This document shows, piece after piece, positions 14,205 to 29,206 of a DNA stretch of 64,000 nucleotides. This stretch comes from the human T2T-CHM13v2.0 reference genome, Homo sapiens. The position numbers were made by a program, and so were the translations under genes. The stretch is taken from NCBI RefSeq assembly GCF_009914755.1, contig NC_060933.1; one strand, written 5' to 3'. The notes beneath the pieces were generated by a model. That model did no database searches and had not been told where the DNA came from. It was given only the letters and a program-made list of their open reading frames with translations. Positions within the stretch are counted from its first letter, which is position 1, and each line of letters starts with the position of its first letter.

Positions 14205-15272
14205 CAGGTTGTACTAATTTACATTCCTGCCAGCAGCATATAAAGTGTTCCCCTTTCACCCCATTCATGCCAACATCTCTTGTTTTTTGACTGTTTAATA
14301 ATGGCTGTTCTGGCTGGGCTATGGTGATATTATCTCATTGTGGTTTTAATTTGCATTTCCTGATGATTAGTGATGTTTAGCATTTTTTCCAGATGTTGGC
14401 CATTTGTATATCTTTTTTGAGATGTCTATTCATGTCATTTGCTTACTTTTTAATGGGATTATTTGGGTTTTTTCCTTGCTGATTTGAGTTTCTTGTGGAT
14501 TCTGGTTATTAGTTCTTTGTCAGATGCATAGCTTAGAAATATGTTCTTCCATTTTGTGGGTTGTCTGTTTACTCTGAAAATTATTTTTTTCACTGAGCAG
14601 AAGCTTTTTATTTTTATTAGGTCTCATTTATTTTTGTTTTTGTTAAATTTGCTTTGGGGGGTCTTAGTCATAAATTTTTGCCTAGACTATTGTCTGGAAG
14701 AGTTTTCCCTAGGTTTTCTTCAAGAATTTTTATGGTTTCAGGTCTTAGATTTCAATCATTCATCCATCTTGAGTTGATTTTTGTATATGGTGAGAGATAG
14801 GGATCCAGTTTCTTTTTTCTACATGTGCGTATCCAGTTTTCCCAGCATCTTTTATTGAATAGGGTGTTTTTTCCCCAATTTATGTTTTTGTATGCTTTGT
14901 CAAAGATCAGTTGTAAGTATTTGACTTTATTTCTGGGTTCTCTATTCTGTTCCATTGGTCTGTACATCTATTTTCATACCAGTACCATGTTGTTTTAATT
15001 ACTATAGCCTTGTAATATAATTTGAAGGCAGGTAATTGTGATGCCTCCAGATTTGTTCTTTTTGCTGAGGATTGCTTTGGCTGTCCAGACTCTTTTTTGG
15101 TTCTATATGAATTTTAGGATTGTTACTTATTCTGTGAAAAATGATGTTGGTATTTTTATCAGAATTACATTGAATCTGTAGATTGCTTTGGGCAGTATGG
15201 TCATTTTTACAATACTGATGCTTCCAGTCAATGAGCGTGGGATGTGTTTCCATTTGTTTGTATCATCTATGA

Positions 15273-15571
<299 letters not shown>

Positions 15572-17484
15572 TCATCTATGATTTCTTTCAGCAGTGTTTT
15601 ATAGTTCATCTTGTAGAGATCTTTCATCTTTCTGGTTAAGTATATTCCCAGTTTTTTGTTTTGTTTTGGTGGTGGTGTTGTTTTGCAGCTATTTCAAAAG
15701 GGATTTAGTTCATGATTTGATGCTCTGCATGGTCACTGTTGGTGTATAGCAGTGCTACTAATTTGTGTACATTGATTTTGTAACCTGAGATATAATTGGA
15801 TTCATTTATCAAATCTAGGATTCTTTTGGAGGAGTCTTTAGGGTTTTGTAGGTGTACAATCATATCATTGGCAAAGAGAGATAGTTTGACCTTCTCATTT
15901 CCAATTTGGATGTCCTTTCTTTCTTTCTCGTGCTGATTGCTCTGGTTAGGACTTCCAGTACTATGCTGAATAGAAATGATGAAAGTGGGCATCCTTGTCT
16001 TGTTCCGGTTCTTCCAGGGAATGCTTTCTAATTTTCCCCATTCATTAAGATATTGGTTGTGGGTTTGTCATATGTGGCTTCCTTCTATACTTAGACGGAA
16101 CATACCTCAAAATAATAATGTGTTGAGGGTTTTTTTATAAAGAAATGCTAGATTTTATTGAATGCTTTTTCTGTGTCTATTGAGATGATTGTATGGTTTT
16201 TATTTTTAATTCCATTTATGTGATGAATCGTACTTATTGACTTGCAAATGTTAAAGCATCCCTGCAGCCCTGGATGAAACCCAGGGTGAATTATCTTTTT
16301 GATATGCTGTTGGATTCAGTTTGCTGGTATTTTGCTGAGGGTTTTTGCATCCATGTTCATCAGGGCTATTGGTCTGTAGTTTCTTTCTTTTTTTTTTTTT
16401 TTTGTCCGTTAGATCCTTTCCTGGTCTTGGTATCAGGGTGATACTGGCTTTGTAGAATGAGATAGGGAGGATTACCTCTTTCTCAATCTTTTGGAATAGT
16501 TTCAGTAATATTGATACCAATTTTTCTTTGAATATCTGGTAGAATTTGGCTGTGAATCCATCTGACCTTGGGCGTTTTTTGTTGTTGTTGTTGGCAATTT
16601 TTAAAATTACTGAGTCAATCTCATTGCTTGTTATTGGTTTGTTCAGGATTTCTGTTTCTTCCTAATTGAAGATGGGGGGCTGTGTATTTCCAAGAATTTA
16701 TCCATTTCCTCTAGATTTCCTACTTTGTGTGCATAGAGGTGTTCACAGTAGTCTCAAATGATCTTTTGTATATCTGTGATGTCTTTTTGTATTTCTGTGT
16801 TACAGATATTGCTGTAGTGTCTCCACGTTCATTTCTAATGGAACTTATTTGCATCTTCTTTTTTTTTTTTTTTTTTTTTGGTTAATATAGCTAATGGTCT
16901 ATCAATCTTGTTTACCTTGTCAAAAACACAGGTTTTTGTTTCATTGGTTCTTTTATATTGTTTATGTTTGTTTGTTTCAATTTCATTTGATTCTGCTCTG
17001 ATCTTTGTTATTTCTTTTCTTTTGCTAGTTTGGGTTTTTGTTTGTTCTTGTTTCTTTACTTCCTTGAAGTGTGACAATAGGTTGTCAATTTGTGATCTTT
17101 CAGACTTTTTGATTTAGGCATTTAGTGCTAAAAACTTTCCTCTTACTACTGCTTTTGCTGTATCTCGGAGGCTTTAATAACTGTGTCACTATTATTCATT
17201 TCAAAGAATTTTTTAATTTCCATCTTGATTTCATTGTTAACTCAGAAATAATTCAGGAGAAAATTGTTTAATTTTCATTACTTGTATAATTCTGAGAGGT
17301 CCTTTTGGAGTTGATTTCTAGTTTTTCTCCACTATGGTCTGAAAAGATACTTGTTTACCTTATTGATACTTGATTATCTTTGATATGATTTTGAATTTTA
17401 AAAATTTAGTGAGACTTATTTTGTTGCCTATCATGTGTTCTATCTTGGAGAATGTTCCATTTGCTGATAAGAAGTATGTGTATT

Positions 17485-17640
17485 CTTTTTTCTTTTATTT
17501 ATTTATTTGTTTGTTTTTTTTTAATAGACGGGGGTCTTGCCATGTCGGCCAGGTTGGTCTTGAACTCCTGGTTTCAAGCAATCTGCCTGCCTCACCCTCC
17601 CAAAGTGCTAGGATTACAGGCGTGAGCCACTGTGCCCAGC
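17485..17640 (-). repeat. FLAM-type Alu monomer in L1PB
   Basis: Left-arm monomer with T-rich tail. Confidence 0.85.
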
Positions 17641-18604
17641 AAAGTATGGGGTAGAATTTTCTGTATTGGTTAGGTCCATTTGTTGTAGAGTGCAGTTTAA
17701 GTCCTGTGTTTCTTTGTTGACTTTCTGCCTGGATGATCTGTCTAGTGCTGTCAGTGGAGTGTTGAAGTCCCCCACTATTATTGTGTTTCTGTCCAACTCT
17801 GGGAGCTCCAGAGTTAGGTGCATATATATTTAGGATTGTAATATCTTCTTGTTGGATTGATCCTTTTATCACTATATAATGACTTTCTTTGTCTTTTTTT
17901 CTTTTAACCATTGTTGCTTTAAAGTCTGTTTTGTTAACATCAGAATAGCTACTCTTGCCTGCTTTTGGTTTCCATTTGCTTGGAATATCTGTTTCCACCC
18001 TTTACCTTGAGTCTGTAAGAATCTTTACATGTTAAGTGAGTCTCTTGAATACAGCAGATATTTGGTTTGTAATTTTTCAACCATTCTGTCAGTGGAGGAT
18101 ATAGACCATTTACATTTAACGTTAATATTGAGATGTGAAGTACTATTTCAGTCATCATTGTTGACTGTTAACCTACTTTGTTTTCTTCATGTGTTATTGT
18201 TTTATAGGCTCTGAGTTTTATGCTTTCAAGATGTTCTATTCTGGTGCATATTGACCTTTTGTTTCAAGATTTAGAGCTCCTTTTAGTATTTCTTGTAGAG
18301 CTGGTCTAGTAGTGACAAATTCTCTCAGTATTTGCTCATCCGAAAAAAAACTTTTTTCCTCCTTCATTTATGAAACTTAGTTTTGCTGGATACAAAATTC
18401 TTGGCTGACAATTATTCTGTTGAAGGAGGCTAAAGATAGGACCCTAATCCTTTCTGGCTTGTAAAGTTTCTGCTGAGAAGGCTGTTGTTGGTCTAATAAG
18501 TTTTCCTTTATAGGTTACCTGATGCTTTTGTCTTACTGCTCTTAGAATTCTTTCCTTCATGTTGATTTTAGATACCCTGATAATTATATGCCTTGGTGAT
18601 GTCC

Positions 18605-18908
18605 TTTTTGTTTTCTTTTTTTTTTCTTCTGAGACAGAGTCTCACTCTGTTACCCAGGCTGGAATGCAGTGGCATGATCATGGCTCACTGCAGCCTTGAC
18701 CTCCTGGGCTCAAGCAATCCTCCCACCTTAGCCTCCTGAGTAGCTGGGACTATAGGCATATGCCACCACATCAGGCTAATTTTTTAATTTTTTATAGAGA
18801 TGGGTTCTCTCTATGTTGCCCAAGCTGGTCTCAAACTCCTGGTCTCAAGTAGTCCTCCCACCTCGGCCTCCCGAAGTGGTATTACAGGCATTAGCTACTG
18901 GGTCCAGC
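18605..18908 (-). repeat. AluJ-type in L1PB
   Basis: gcagccttgacctcctgggctcaagc; TSD ggtgat(g/a)tcctttttg. Confidence 0.9.
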
Positions 18909-19993
18909 TGGTGATATCCTTTTTGTAATGAATCTCCCAGGAGTTCTTTCAGTTTCTCGTGTTTGGTTATCTAAATCTCTAGCAAGGTCAGGGAAGTTCT
19001 CCTTAATTATTCCCTCAGATAAGTTTTCCAAATTTTTTGTTTGTCTTCTCCCTCAGGAACACTAGTGATTCTTTGGTTTGGCAATTTTACATAATCCCAT
19101 ATGTTTTGGAGACTTTATTCATTTCTTTTAATTATATTTTCTTTACTCTTGTCTGATTGGGTTAATTCAAAAGCTTTGTCTCCAAGCTCTGAAATTTTTC
19201 TTCTACTAGTTCTAGTCTATTGTTAAAACTTTCCTGTGCATTTTTTAATTCTCTAAATGTGTCTTTCATTTTCAAAAGTTCTGATTGGTTTTTCTTTAAA
19301 ATATCCATCTCTAGAAAATTTATCACTCATATCCTGAATTATTTTTTTAACTTCACTATGTTGGTTTTCACCTTTCTCTTGCATCTCCTTGAGTAGCTTA
19401 ACAATCAACCTTTTGGGTTCTTTATCTGGTATTTCAAAGATTTCATCTTGGTTTGGATCCATTGCTGGAGAGTTAGTGTGATCTTTTGTGGGTACTGTAG
19501 AACCCTGTTTTGTCATATTGTCAGAATTATTTTTCTGGTTCCTTCTCACTTGGGTAGACTATTTCTTCTAGTATTTTTGAATTTATTTTTCATTCAACTG
19601 TGTTTTTTAATTTTTTTATTCCCCCTTAAGGATGTAACTTTAATGTTTACAGTTTATTATAGCCCAATTTGGCTCTTGATGATTTCCGGTGTGAAGACTC
19701 TGAGTTCCTTGGTTATAGAGAATCTTTGTCTGATGGCTTTCTCAGATGCTGTTTGTAGTAGCAAGGTGCTTGGTGTGTGAGCAGGTTCACTGTCTTAAGT
19801 TTTCCATCTGGCTCACAGGGTAGACCGCAGCCCACCATTTCTTTCAGAGGGTCTGTGATTTCTGTCAGTTTTCCTGTTAAGTTCCTGTGTTGCTTCTTGA
19901 ACAAAAGTTCACAGTATGACTCTCTACACACTCTTTTGTCTTTCCAAGTAGGGGAGGCATGCTAACAATGCTTTCAGTCCACCATCTTGGGGA

Positions 19994-20000
<7 letters not shown>

Positions 20001-20042
<42 letters not shown>
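20001..20042. repeat. (GT)21 microsatellite
   Basis: Direct reading. Confidence 0.98.
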
Positions 20043-20046
<4 letters not shown>

Positions 20047-20736
20047 GGAATAATGCAGTATGTATTCTTCTGTGTCTAGGATCTTTCACTCAATATTTTT
20101 GAGATTTATCCATATTGTTGCACATATCATAGCTTATTCTTTCTCTGTTGCTGAATTATATTCTGTTGCACAAATATATCATAATTTGTTTATACATTCA
20201 TGGGATGATGGACATTTGGGTTGGTTACAGTCTTTAGCTATTATGAGAGAATCTTATGAATAAACTGAAAAAATTAACACTCTTGTACAAGTCTTTTTGT
20301 GGACATTTGTACTCATCAAATAAATACCTAAAAGTGCAATGATCTTTAATAGTGCCTGCATATTTTTTGCTTTAGTAGATACTGCCTAATGGTTTTCCAA
20401 AATGTTGCTACCACTTTACACTCTGACCAACAACACAGTATGTGAGAGTTTCAGATGCCATATATCTTGGGCAATATTTCGTTTTGTCAGTCCTTTTACT
20501 TTGAGCATTTCTAGTGTGTTTCTCATTTTTGTTTTAATTTGCATTTACCTAATGACTGATGAAGTTGAGTAATTTTCATATGCTTAATAATAATTTATAT
20601 ATTTTCTTTTGTGAAGTTGTGTGCTCAAGTCCTTTACCCATTTTTTTCTGTATTATTTTTAGATGCTACTACAATAAGACACTAACCAAAGTTTTTAAAT
20701 AAGATTTCAGATTAGATTACCTATGATACCAATGTC

Positions 20737-21035
20737 TTTTTTTTTTTTTTTTCTGATACAGGATTTTACTCTGTCACCCACACTGAAGTGCAGTGGTAGA
20801 AGCATAGCTCACTGCAGCCTTGAACTCCTGAGTTAAGCATTCCTCCCACCTCAGCCTCCTGAGTAGCTGGTACTACAGGCATGTGCCACCATACCCAGCT
20901 AATTTTTAAAATTTTTTTGTAGAGATGGGGTGTCGCTATGTTGCCCAGGCTGGTCTTATACTGCTGGCCATGAACAATTCTCCCACCTTGGCTGCCCAAA
21001 GTGCTGGGATTACATGCATCAGTCATTGCGCCCAG
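20737..21035 (-). repeat. AluJ-type
   Basis: Diverged antisense dimer. Confidence 0.9.
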
Positions 21036-22489
21036 TCAGCAATATATTTTGATTGATTTTTTAAATCTCTTTTGCACAGATTCTTTATAAAAATTTTGCA
21101 AAAATATACATAACATGAAATTTGCCATTTTAACCATTTTTGAGTATACTATTCAGTGGCATTAAGCACATTCACAGCATTGTGCCACCATCCCCACTAT
21201 TCCTTCTGCGTATTTAGTATTTTCTTGAATGTAATTGATATGTAACAAATTACATATATCTCAGATGTGTAATTTGATAAGTTGTACCATATTTACACAT
21301 CTTCAAAAGTTTCCTCATGACCATTTGTTATCCTTTCTTCAAACCACTCTCTGCCTCCACCCTCCCTCCCCAAGCAACCAGTGATCTGTTTTCTGTCACA
21401 ACAGATTGATTTGCATTTTCAAGAATTTTATGTAAGTGAAATCATATAAAACTATTCTTTTTGCCTAGCTTCTTTCACTCAGTATAATTATTTTGAAATT
21501 CATTCATGTTATTATTGCATATACCAATGATTTGTATATTATCATTGTTCAGTATTATTCTATTGTATGGATATATTACAAATTGTTCTCAAGCTCCTGG
21601 TCTCAAGTGATCCTCCTGACTCAGCCTCCTAAAGTGCTGGGATTGCAGGCATGAACAAGGTAAAAGTTTCAAGTTTACAGGCGTAAGCAACAGCACCTAG
21701 CCTTGGATACACTACAGATTGTTTAACCATTTGCCTGTTGGTGAACATTTGGGTTGTTTTCTGTTTTGGGCTATTACTAATGAAGATGGTAAGAACATTC
21801 ATCTGTAAGCATATGCTTTCATTTCTCTTGGGTAAATCATTATAAATGTAATGGCTGGGTCATATAGCAGGTGTACGTTTAACTTTTAAGAAAATGGTGA
21901 ACAGTTTTCCAAAGTGCTTGTACTATTTTACTTTCCCACTGATAGTGAATGAAAGTTCTATTTCCTCCATACCCTCACTTTCTTATGAGGATACTTTGTA
22001 TAGTCAGTCTTTTTCATTTGAGCCATTCTAAATAAAGCCATTTATTCCATTTAGGTTTGTAGTGGTATTAATTTGCATTTCTCTAATGACAAATGATGCT
22101 GAGATCTTTTCGTGTGCTTGTCATTTGTAGGTCTTTGATCTTTTTGCATTGATCTTGTTTCTGCAAACTTGCTAAAGTTCTTCATTCATTCTATTAGTCG
22201 TTTCATAGATTTTTTAGTCTCCTACATAAACAATCGTCTTATATATAAATTAAAATGAGGGTTTTTTTTTCAAATCTTTATGCCCTTCTTTCCTCCCTTC
22301 TTTCCTTTCTTCCTTCTTTTCTTTTTTTCAGCCTTATTTAACTGGCTAACACCTCCATTACAAATTTAAATAGAAGTGATTAGAGTAGACATCCTTGCCT
22401 TATTTCTGATCTTAGGAAGAAAGCATGTAGTATTTCACCACTAAACATGAAATTAACTTCAATTTTTAAAAGATGTCCTTGAGCTAAAG

Positions 22490-22960
22490 AATACAGGAAT
22501 AACAAATGTAGGGGGAAGCTACTACCTCTGAGGCTTAGGGAGAGTATCCAAGGGAGGAGCAAACTTGGAAGCTGAGATTCAGGCCTGGTAGGAATGAGTG
22601 TGGCTGTGCCCCTGGTTGGTGAAGTTCACTGGAATGCCAAGGGCCAGAGCTAGAGAGCTGGGGCTGATGAGCAGAAAGTTGCCCACTGGGGTAGTGGTGA
22701 AACTTACTGGAATGTGAGACCCACTGAGTCTCCTATAGACCTCCGACATCTGCATCATAGGAGCAAAAAGAGCACATTGGAACCAGTGTGAAGAGCCCCT
22801 TCCTCTGCTATTATTTGTAGTGTCCCTGCTGCGCCTGCTACAGATAAAGTCAAATATTGTGGCAACTGCAAAGGAGAAATTTTCACAGGGTCTAGTCTCA
22901 CAAAACATGGTAAAGAAGCTGATTTGGAGCTGAGAGGCAAAAAACTGATAAATGATACAC
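22490..22960. mobile_element. Probable ancient LTR remnant inserted in L1M
   Basis: GC-richer block interrupting L1M, ending gatttggagctgagaggc; family not determined. Confidence 0.35.
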
Positions 22961-23119
22961 TGATTGAGGAAACTTTCTTTTGATTCTAGTTCGCTGAGAA
23001 TTTAAACCAAGAGTTGGTGTTGAATATTGTCAAATGCCTTTTCTACATCTATTGGAATTATCATATAGTTGTTGTTCTTTATTTATTTTGCTCATTATAT
23101 CAATTGTTTAAAAAAATAT

Positions 23120-23545
<426 letters not shown>

Positions 23546-24614
23546 ACATCAATTGATTTTAAAATGTGAAACCAACCTTGCACTTCTGGGATTAAGTCCT
23601 ACTTTTTATGTATTGCTCAATTTAATTTGCTAATACATTAAGGATTTTTGCAACAGTGTTAAAAGGAATATTGGTCTATAGTTTAGTTGTTTTTTTTCTT
23701 CTTATAATGTCTTTGTCAGGTTTTCCTATCAGGATTTGCAGACTTCATAAAATAAGCTGGGAAACTGTCTTATCTTCTTCTATTATTTATAAAGTTGAGT
23801 AAGACTGGTAAGATTGGAATTATTTATTTCTTAACTTTTTTGTAGAATTTACCAGTGAAACCATCTAGTCTTGCTGGAGTTTTTTCTTTTCGATTTGGTA
23901 GGAAGGTGTTTTGGCAACAAACCTACTTTCTTTTATAGATTTAGACTTTTCAGATTTTATTTCTTCTTACCTCCATTTTAGTATGCTGTCTTTTTCAATG
24001 ATTTCTCCAAGGCCCCTCAGGAAGAAATTTAGAACAAAAAGTGATGGTCAGAATTCAGTCCTCAATTCTCCTTTATCTGAGGCCTGTGTGATAGCTGTTG
24101 GCATTTTTCGTCTGGTGGGAGTTTCTGATAAACAACTCAAGAACATATGTTAAGATGTTATCTTTTAGTTTCCATGGGACATCAGAATACCTTGTGACTC
24201 TGGCTTGCTTCGGAAACTGTTTTTACTACCTTCTTGCTTATCAGGTTGCTCATTTACTTTTCAAGGCTAGCTGGGTGCCTGGACTTTCCCTTGAAGGGAC
24301 TCAAAATGGTTCCTTTATTTCCATGCTGAGGGGGGCCCAGCAGGTCCCTGAAAGGGGTCGCTGTTCTATCTCAATCTTTTTCTAGCTTCTTATGCTGGAA
24401 TCTTAGGTCAATGATTTTATATAATCATTATTATGATAAAATTATTATAAAATATTATATATAATATATAAATATATTATTTATAATTACCTAATTGTAT
24501 ACATAGTTTTCTTAAATACATATAATTATTTAAGCCTGTGAAATTTTCCTAACCACTGCTTTAGCTGCAACTCACAAGTTTTGCTATGTTGCATTTTCTT
24601 CAAGTTTGAAATTC

Positions 24615-25830
24615 TGAGGGGAGAAAACACACTTCACCTGTTTGGGTTTTTTTCTGCTCTCTCACTCGACACAAAATCAACACAGAAGACTTCAGTGACC
24701 AAATATATGGAGACCTCTCCACCAGCAAGCAAGCAGTCAGTTCTGTAGCAGACACCCAGCTGGATATCCCCTAATTCAATTCTAACACTATCTACCCAGA
24801 GATGGTATCAGATACCACAGATTGAAGTCTCAGTGTCCAGACTGCCTCATGCTTCAGACACCAGTTACAAGTCAAGGCCCCCTGAACTTCTGACCAAACC
24901 AGCTTCAAGTTGGGGTTCCTACAACTCCCTGTCTAGTTTCAATTACTTTGCTAGAGTGGCTCACATAACTCAGGGAAACATGTTTACTAGTTTATTACAA
25001 AGGATATATTAAAAGATACAAATAAACAGCTGGTTGAAGAGATACATGGTCTGGGTACCATAGCTCATGCCTACAATCCCAGCACTTTGGGAGGTTGAGG
25101 CGAGAGGATCCCTTGATCCCAGGAGTTCAAGACCAGCCTGGGCAACATTGCAAAACACTGACTCTATCAAAATAAATAAATAAAATAGAAAAAAGAAAAG
25201 ATAAGCTGCATAATGCAAGGTATAGAAGGGTCCCAAGCACAGGAGCTTCTGTCTCTGTGGAGTGGGGTGCACCACCCTCCCAGCATATGGATGAATTTCT
25301 TGTTCACCTTCCTATAAGCCTCCACATATTCAGCTATCCTGTACGCCATCCTTTTGGGCCTTTTATGGAGACTTCATTGGATAGGCATGATTAACAACCA
25401 TGTAGAAATGTGATTGGGCCAAAAAGGTGTGATCTAATTGTAATAGATTGAGGGGGAAACCCATTAAGGCCTGTCTGTTCAGATTCATCTTGGCCTCTCT
25501 GCAGCATTCCTTCCTCCAGGGTATGGGGCAAAGCTCTTTTGAAACAGAGGTCTTGTAACCTACAGTCAGACAAGGTAGGTCAGAGAATTTCTTTATGGCC
25601 AGAGGCAGAGGAAGAGTAGAGTATATTTTTAGTTTCTAAGGGCCTGCCTTGGGGAGAAAAAGGATCAGGTGAAAGGAAAGCAGAAGGTCAGAGAGAGAGA
25701 TTGTTTTCTGAGGCCTGTTTCTGAGGCCTAAAGCACCCAACATTTTAACAAAAGACTGTAACTAGGTCTGTGGGAGTTAAGAGCCAGAAACCGTGGACAA
25801 AAATCTATGTCTATATCTATATCACTGTCA
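24615..25830 (-). mobile_element. MER21-like LTR with FLAM insertion
   Basis: caattctaacactatctacccagagatggtatcagataccacag; gacttcattggataggcatgattaac; TG..CA ends. Confidence 0.7.
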
Positions 25831-26013
25831 AAATCAGATAATTAAAATTTATACAACATTATCCTCAGACCCTATTATTATCCCAATAATATCCTTAGGT
25901 ATTAAGTTCAGAATCACACATTGCCTTTGTCAAACCTATTTAGTGTCCTTCAATCTAGAAAAGTTTCTTAATCTTTCCTCAACTTTAATGGTGTTGACAC
26001 ATTTGAAGATTGA

Positions 26014-26623
<610 letters not shown>

Positions 26624-26879
26624 CTGGCTACATATTTTATATAATGTCCCTCAATTTGGGTTTGTTAGGTATCTTCTCATGATTAGATTTGTGTTGTCCA
26701 CATTCGCAGAGACGTCATAGGAGTAATGCTGTGTTCTTCCTATTGAATCCTATTATGTGTCACAAAATTTTGATGTTTTTCATCACTAATTACATTCACT
26801 TGCTCACTTAATTAAGGTACTTGTAGGCTTTTTATCTTTATAATCAGTAAATATTTTGAGGGACAGTACTTTGAAACTA

Positions 26880-28560
26880 TGTAAATGTCTTATTGTTTAC
26901 TTTATCTGCTACTAATGTAGCCACTCCAACTTTCTTATCACTCATTTCAGGCAAATGTTTTTCTATTATTACTTTCAACCTATCTGTGTCTTTATATTTA
27001 AAGTGTATCTCTTGTAGACAACATAAGCATCTCTTATAGACTTTCTTTTTTATCTAGTCTGACAATATCTGCATTTTAATTGAAACATTAGTCCATTTAC
27101 ATTTAATGAATTCTTGATATGGTTGATTTTAAGTTTTTCATCTTATTATTTTTATTTTGAGCCATCTGTTATTGCTCCTTTCAATCTGTTTTCTTTTTCT
27201 CTTTTGCATTAATCAAATTTTTAATTTTTCATTTTAGTTCTTCAATTGGCTCTTTACCTATACCTATGTATTATTTTTAAGAGGTTGCTTTAGGGTTTAC
27301 AGTATGCATCTTTCACTTACCGCATTGGAATATTATACTATGCCTCAGAAAACTTAACTATATCATTTTATTGTTTTCTGGTAGCCATCGGTTCCGATGA
27401 GAAGTACACCATCATCCCTGTTGTTCCTATGTGTATAATGGTGGTGGTTGTTTTTCTGACTTCTTTCAGTGTTTTCTTTTTTAGCTTTGGTTTTCAATAG
27501 TTTCCCTATCATGTGCATAGAGGTAGTTTTCTTTATATTAACCATGCTTTGGATTCACTGAGTTTCTTGGATATAAAAGTTGATATTTTTACCAAATTTA
27601 AATCATTTCTCAAATACTGTTATCTGTTCCATTCTCTCTTCTTCTGTGACACCAATTACACATAACATTAGACTTTTCTATATTGTCCTACAGGTCATTG
27701 AGGTTCTATTGATTTTTGAAACATTTTTTCCTTGTCTTCAAATTTAATTATTTCTGTTGATCTAAACTGAAATTTATTGGCTTGTTCTTCTATTTTTTAG
27801 TCTACTATTAAGTCCATGCTATGATTTTTACATTTCAGATATAGTACTTTCCAATTCTGGAACTTCCAATTGTTTCTTTTTATGTAATTTTTCTCTGCTG
27901 AGATTCCCTCATTTGTTTGGTAATTATGACCATCTTTTTCTGTTAAGTCTTTGACCATATTTATAAAGCTATTGTAAATTCCTTGTGTGCTAATTCCAAC
28001 ATCTGGGTTATCTTAAGATATCTTTATTTTGGTTTTTTTCTCTTGAAATTGAGTCCTGTTTTTCTGTTTGTTTGCATATGGAGTAATTTTTTATAGCATA
28101 CTCAGAATTGTGGATGATACCTTGTAGGGACTCTTGATTCTGTTATCTTCCTCTAAAGAATGTTGACTTTTTGTTTTGTAAAAGTTAAAGCTGACTAATT
28201 ACACTGAACTTGTTGAGTGTCTCGGTTTTTCCCTTAGTCTAGTTGAATCTATTAGACCAGGTCCACAGTCCTGGTACATAGTCTATACTTTTAAGGCATG
28301 GCCCTTCTGAGATTTCAGTGGGAAGTCTGAAATATGTACTAAGACCTCTAACTAAGTGGAACTCAAACTCCAAATTCTACCCCTATGCCTTGGGTAGTAG
28401 CTGAAATCTCTGATCAGCTTTTCAACTTTCCTTTTGTGGGTTTCTGCAGACATCTTGGAGTCTCCCATACATTGTCAATTCAGGGATCAGCCAAGGATTT
28501 TAAGGGAGTCTATATGCATATATGGGGCTTCCCCTTTTTGGCTCTTTTACCCATCTCTTT
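26880..28560 (-). mobile_element. Old L1M ORF1/ORF2-start remnant
   Basis: ORF 27363..27545 HMIGKLLKTKAKKE resembles L1 ORF1; atagccactccaactttc-like ORF2 endonuclease remnant near 26915. Confidence 0.6.
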
Positions 28561-28740
28561 TATTCCATCATTTTAATCTTATTTACCACATCTAATGTCT
28601 AACCAACTGAAGTAGCCTACCAATCTTCCTGATTCAAGTCTTTCCCCTCTTTAAACCATTCTTCACACTGCGGCCAGATTTCATTCACTCATTTACTCAT
28701 GTAACAAATAGTCAATGAGCACTTTCCTAAAAGACAATAC

Positions 28741-29206
28741 TGTCAAGCAGTCAAGCTACTGCAGCTGCTAGGCTGGCTTGCCACATAGATTCAGCTGTTA
28801 AAAAGACCATAAGTCCAAATTGATTTAGACAGTTTATTGCTTATGGCACAGCAGGTAGCATGAGCTTCATGTCTGCATTGGTTCTCCTTGCCCCCAAGTC
28901 CCATAAGGGTGGTATGGAGGCAGGTCCACGTAGATGCTGCAAAGGCAGAGGGTCAGTGTCACACCTGAGGAAACTTGAACTTTAAAAACCTCCAATCTTA
29001 CATCAAGGCTGTGAGCAAACCTGCCTATCCTTTGCCACCAAATGAAACATTATCTTTATTATCCTGGTTAGCAAACAAATCTGTCCTCTAACCTGAAGGG
29101 AGGTACCATTTTTAGCTTCCAAAGCAACTAGTTATGCAGACGTCTTTGAAAAGATAGTCCAAATTACCAGATATGCAGAAACATGATGGACAATTGCTTC
29201 CAAACA
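28741..29206 (-). mobile_element. Solo LTR40a-like (ERVL) LTR
   Basis: TG...CA ends (tgtcaag..caaaca), similarity to the LTRs at 41267 and 45112, near-TSD aatac/agtac. Confidence 0.7.
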
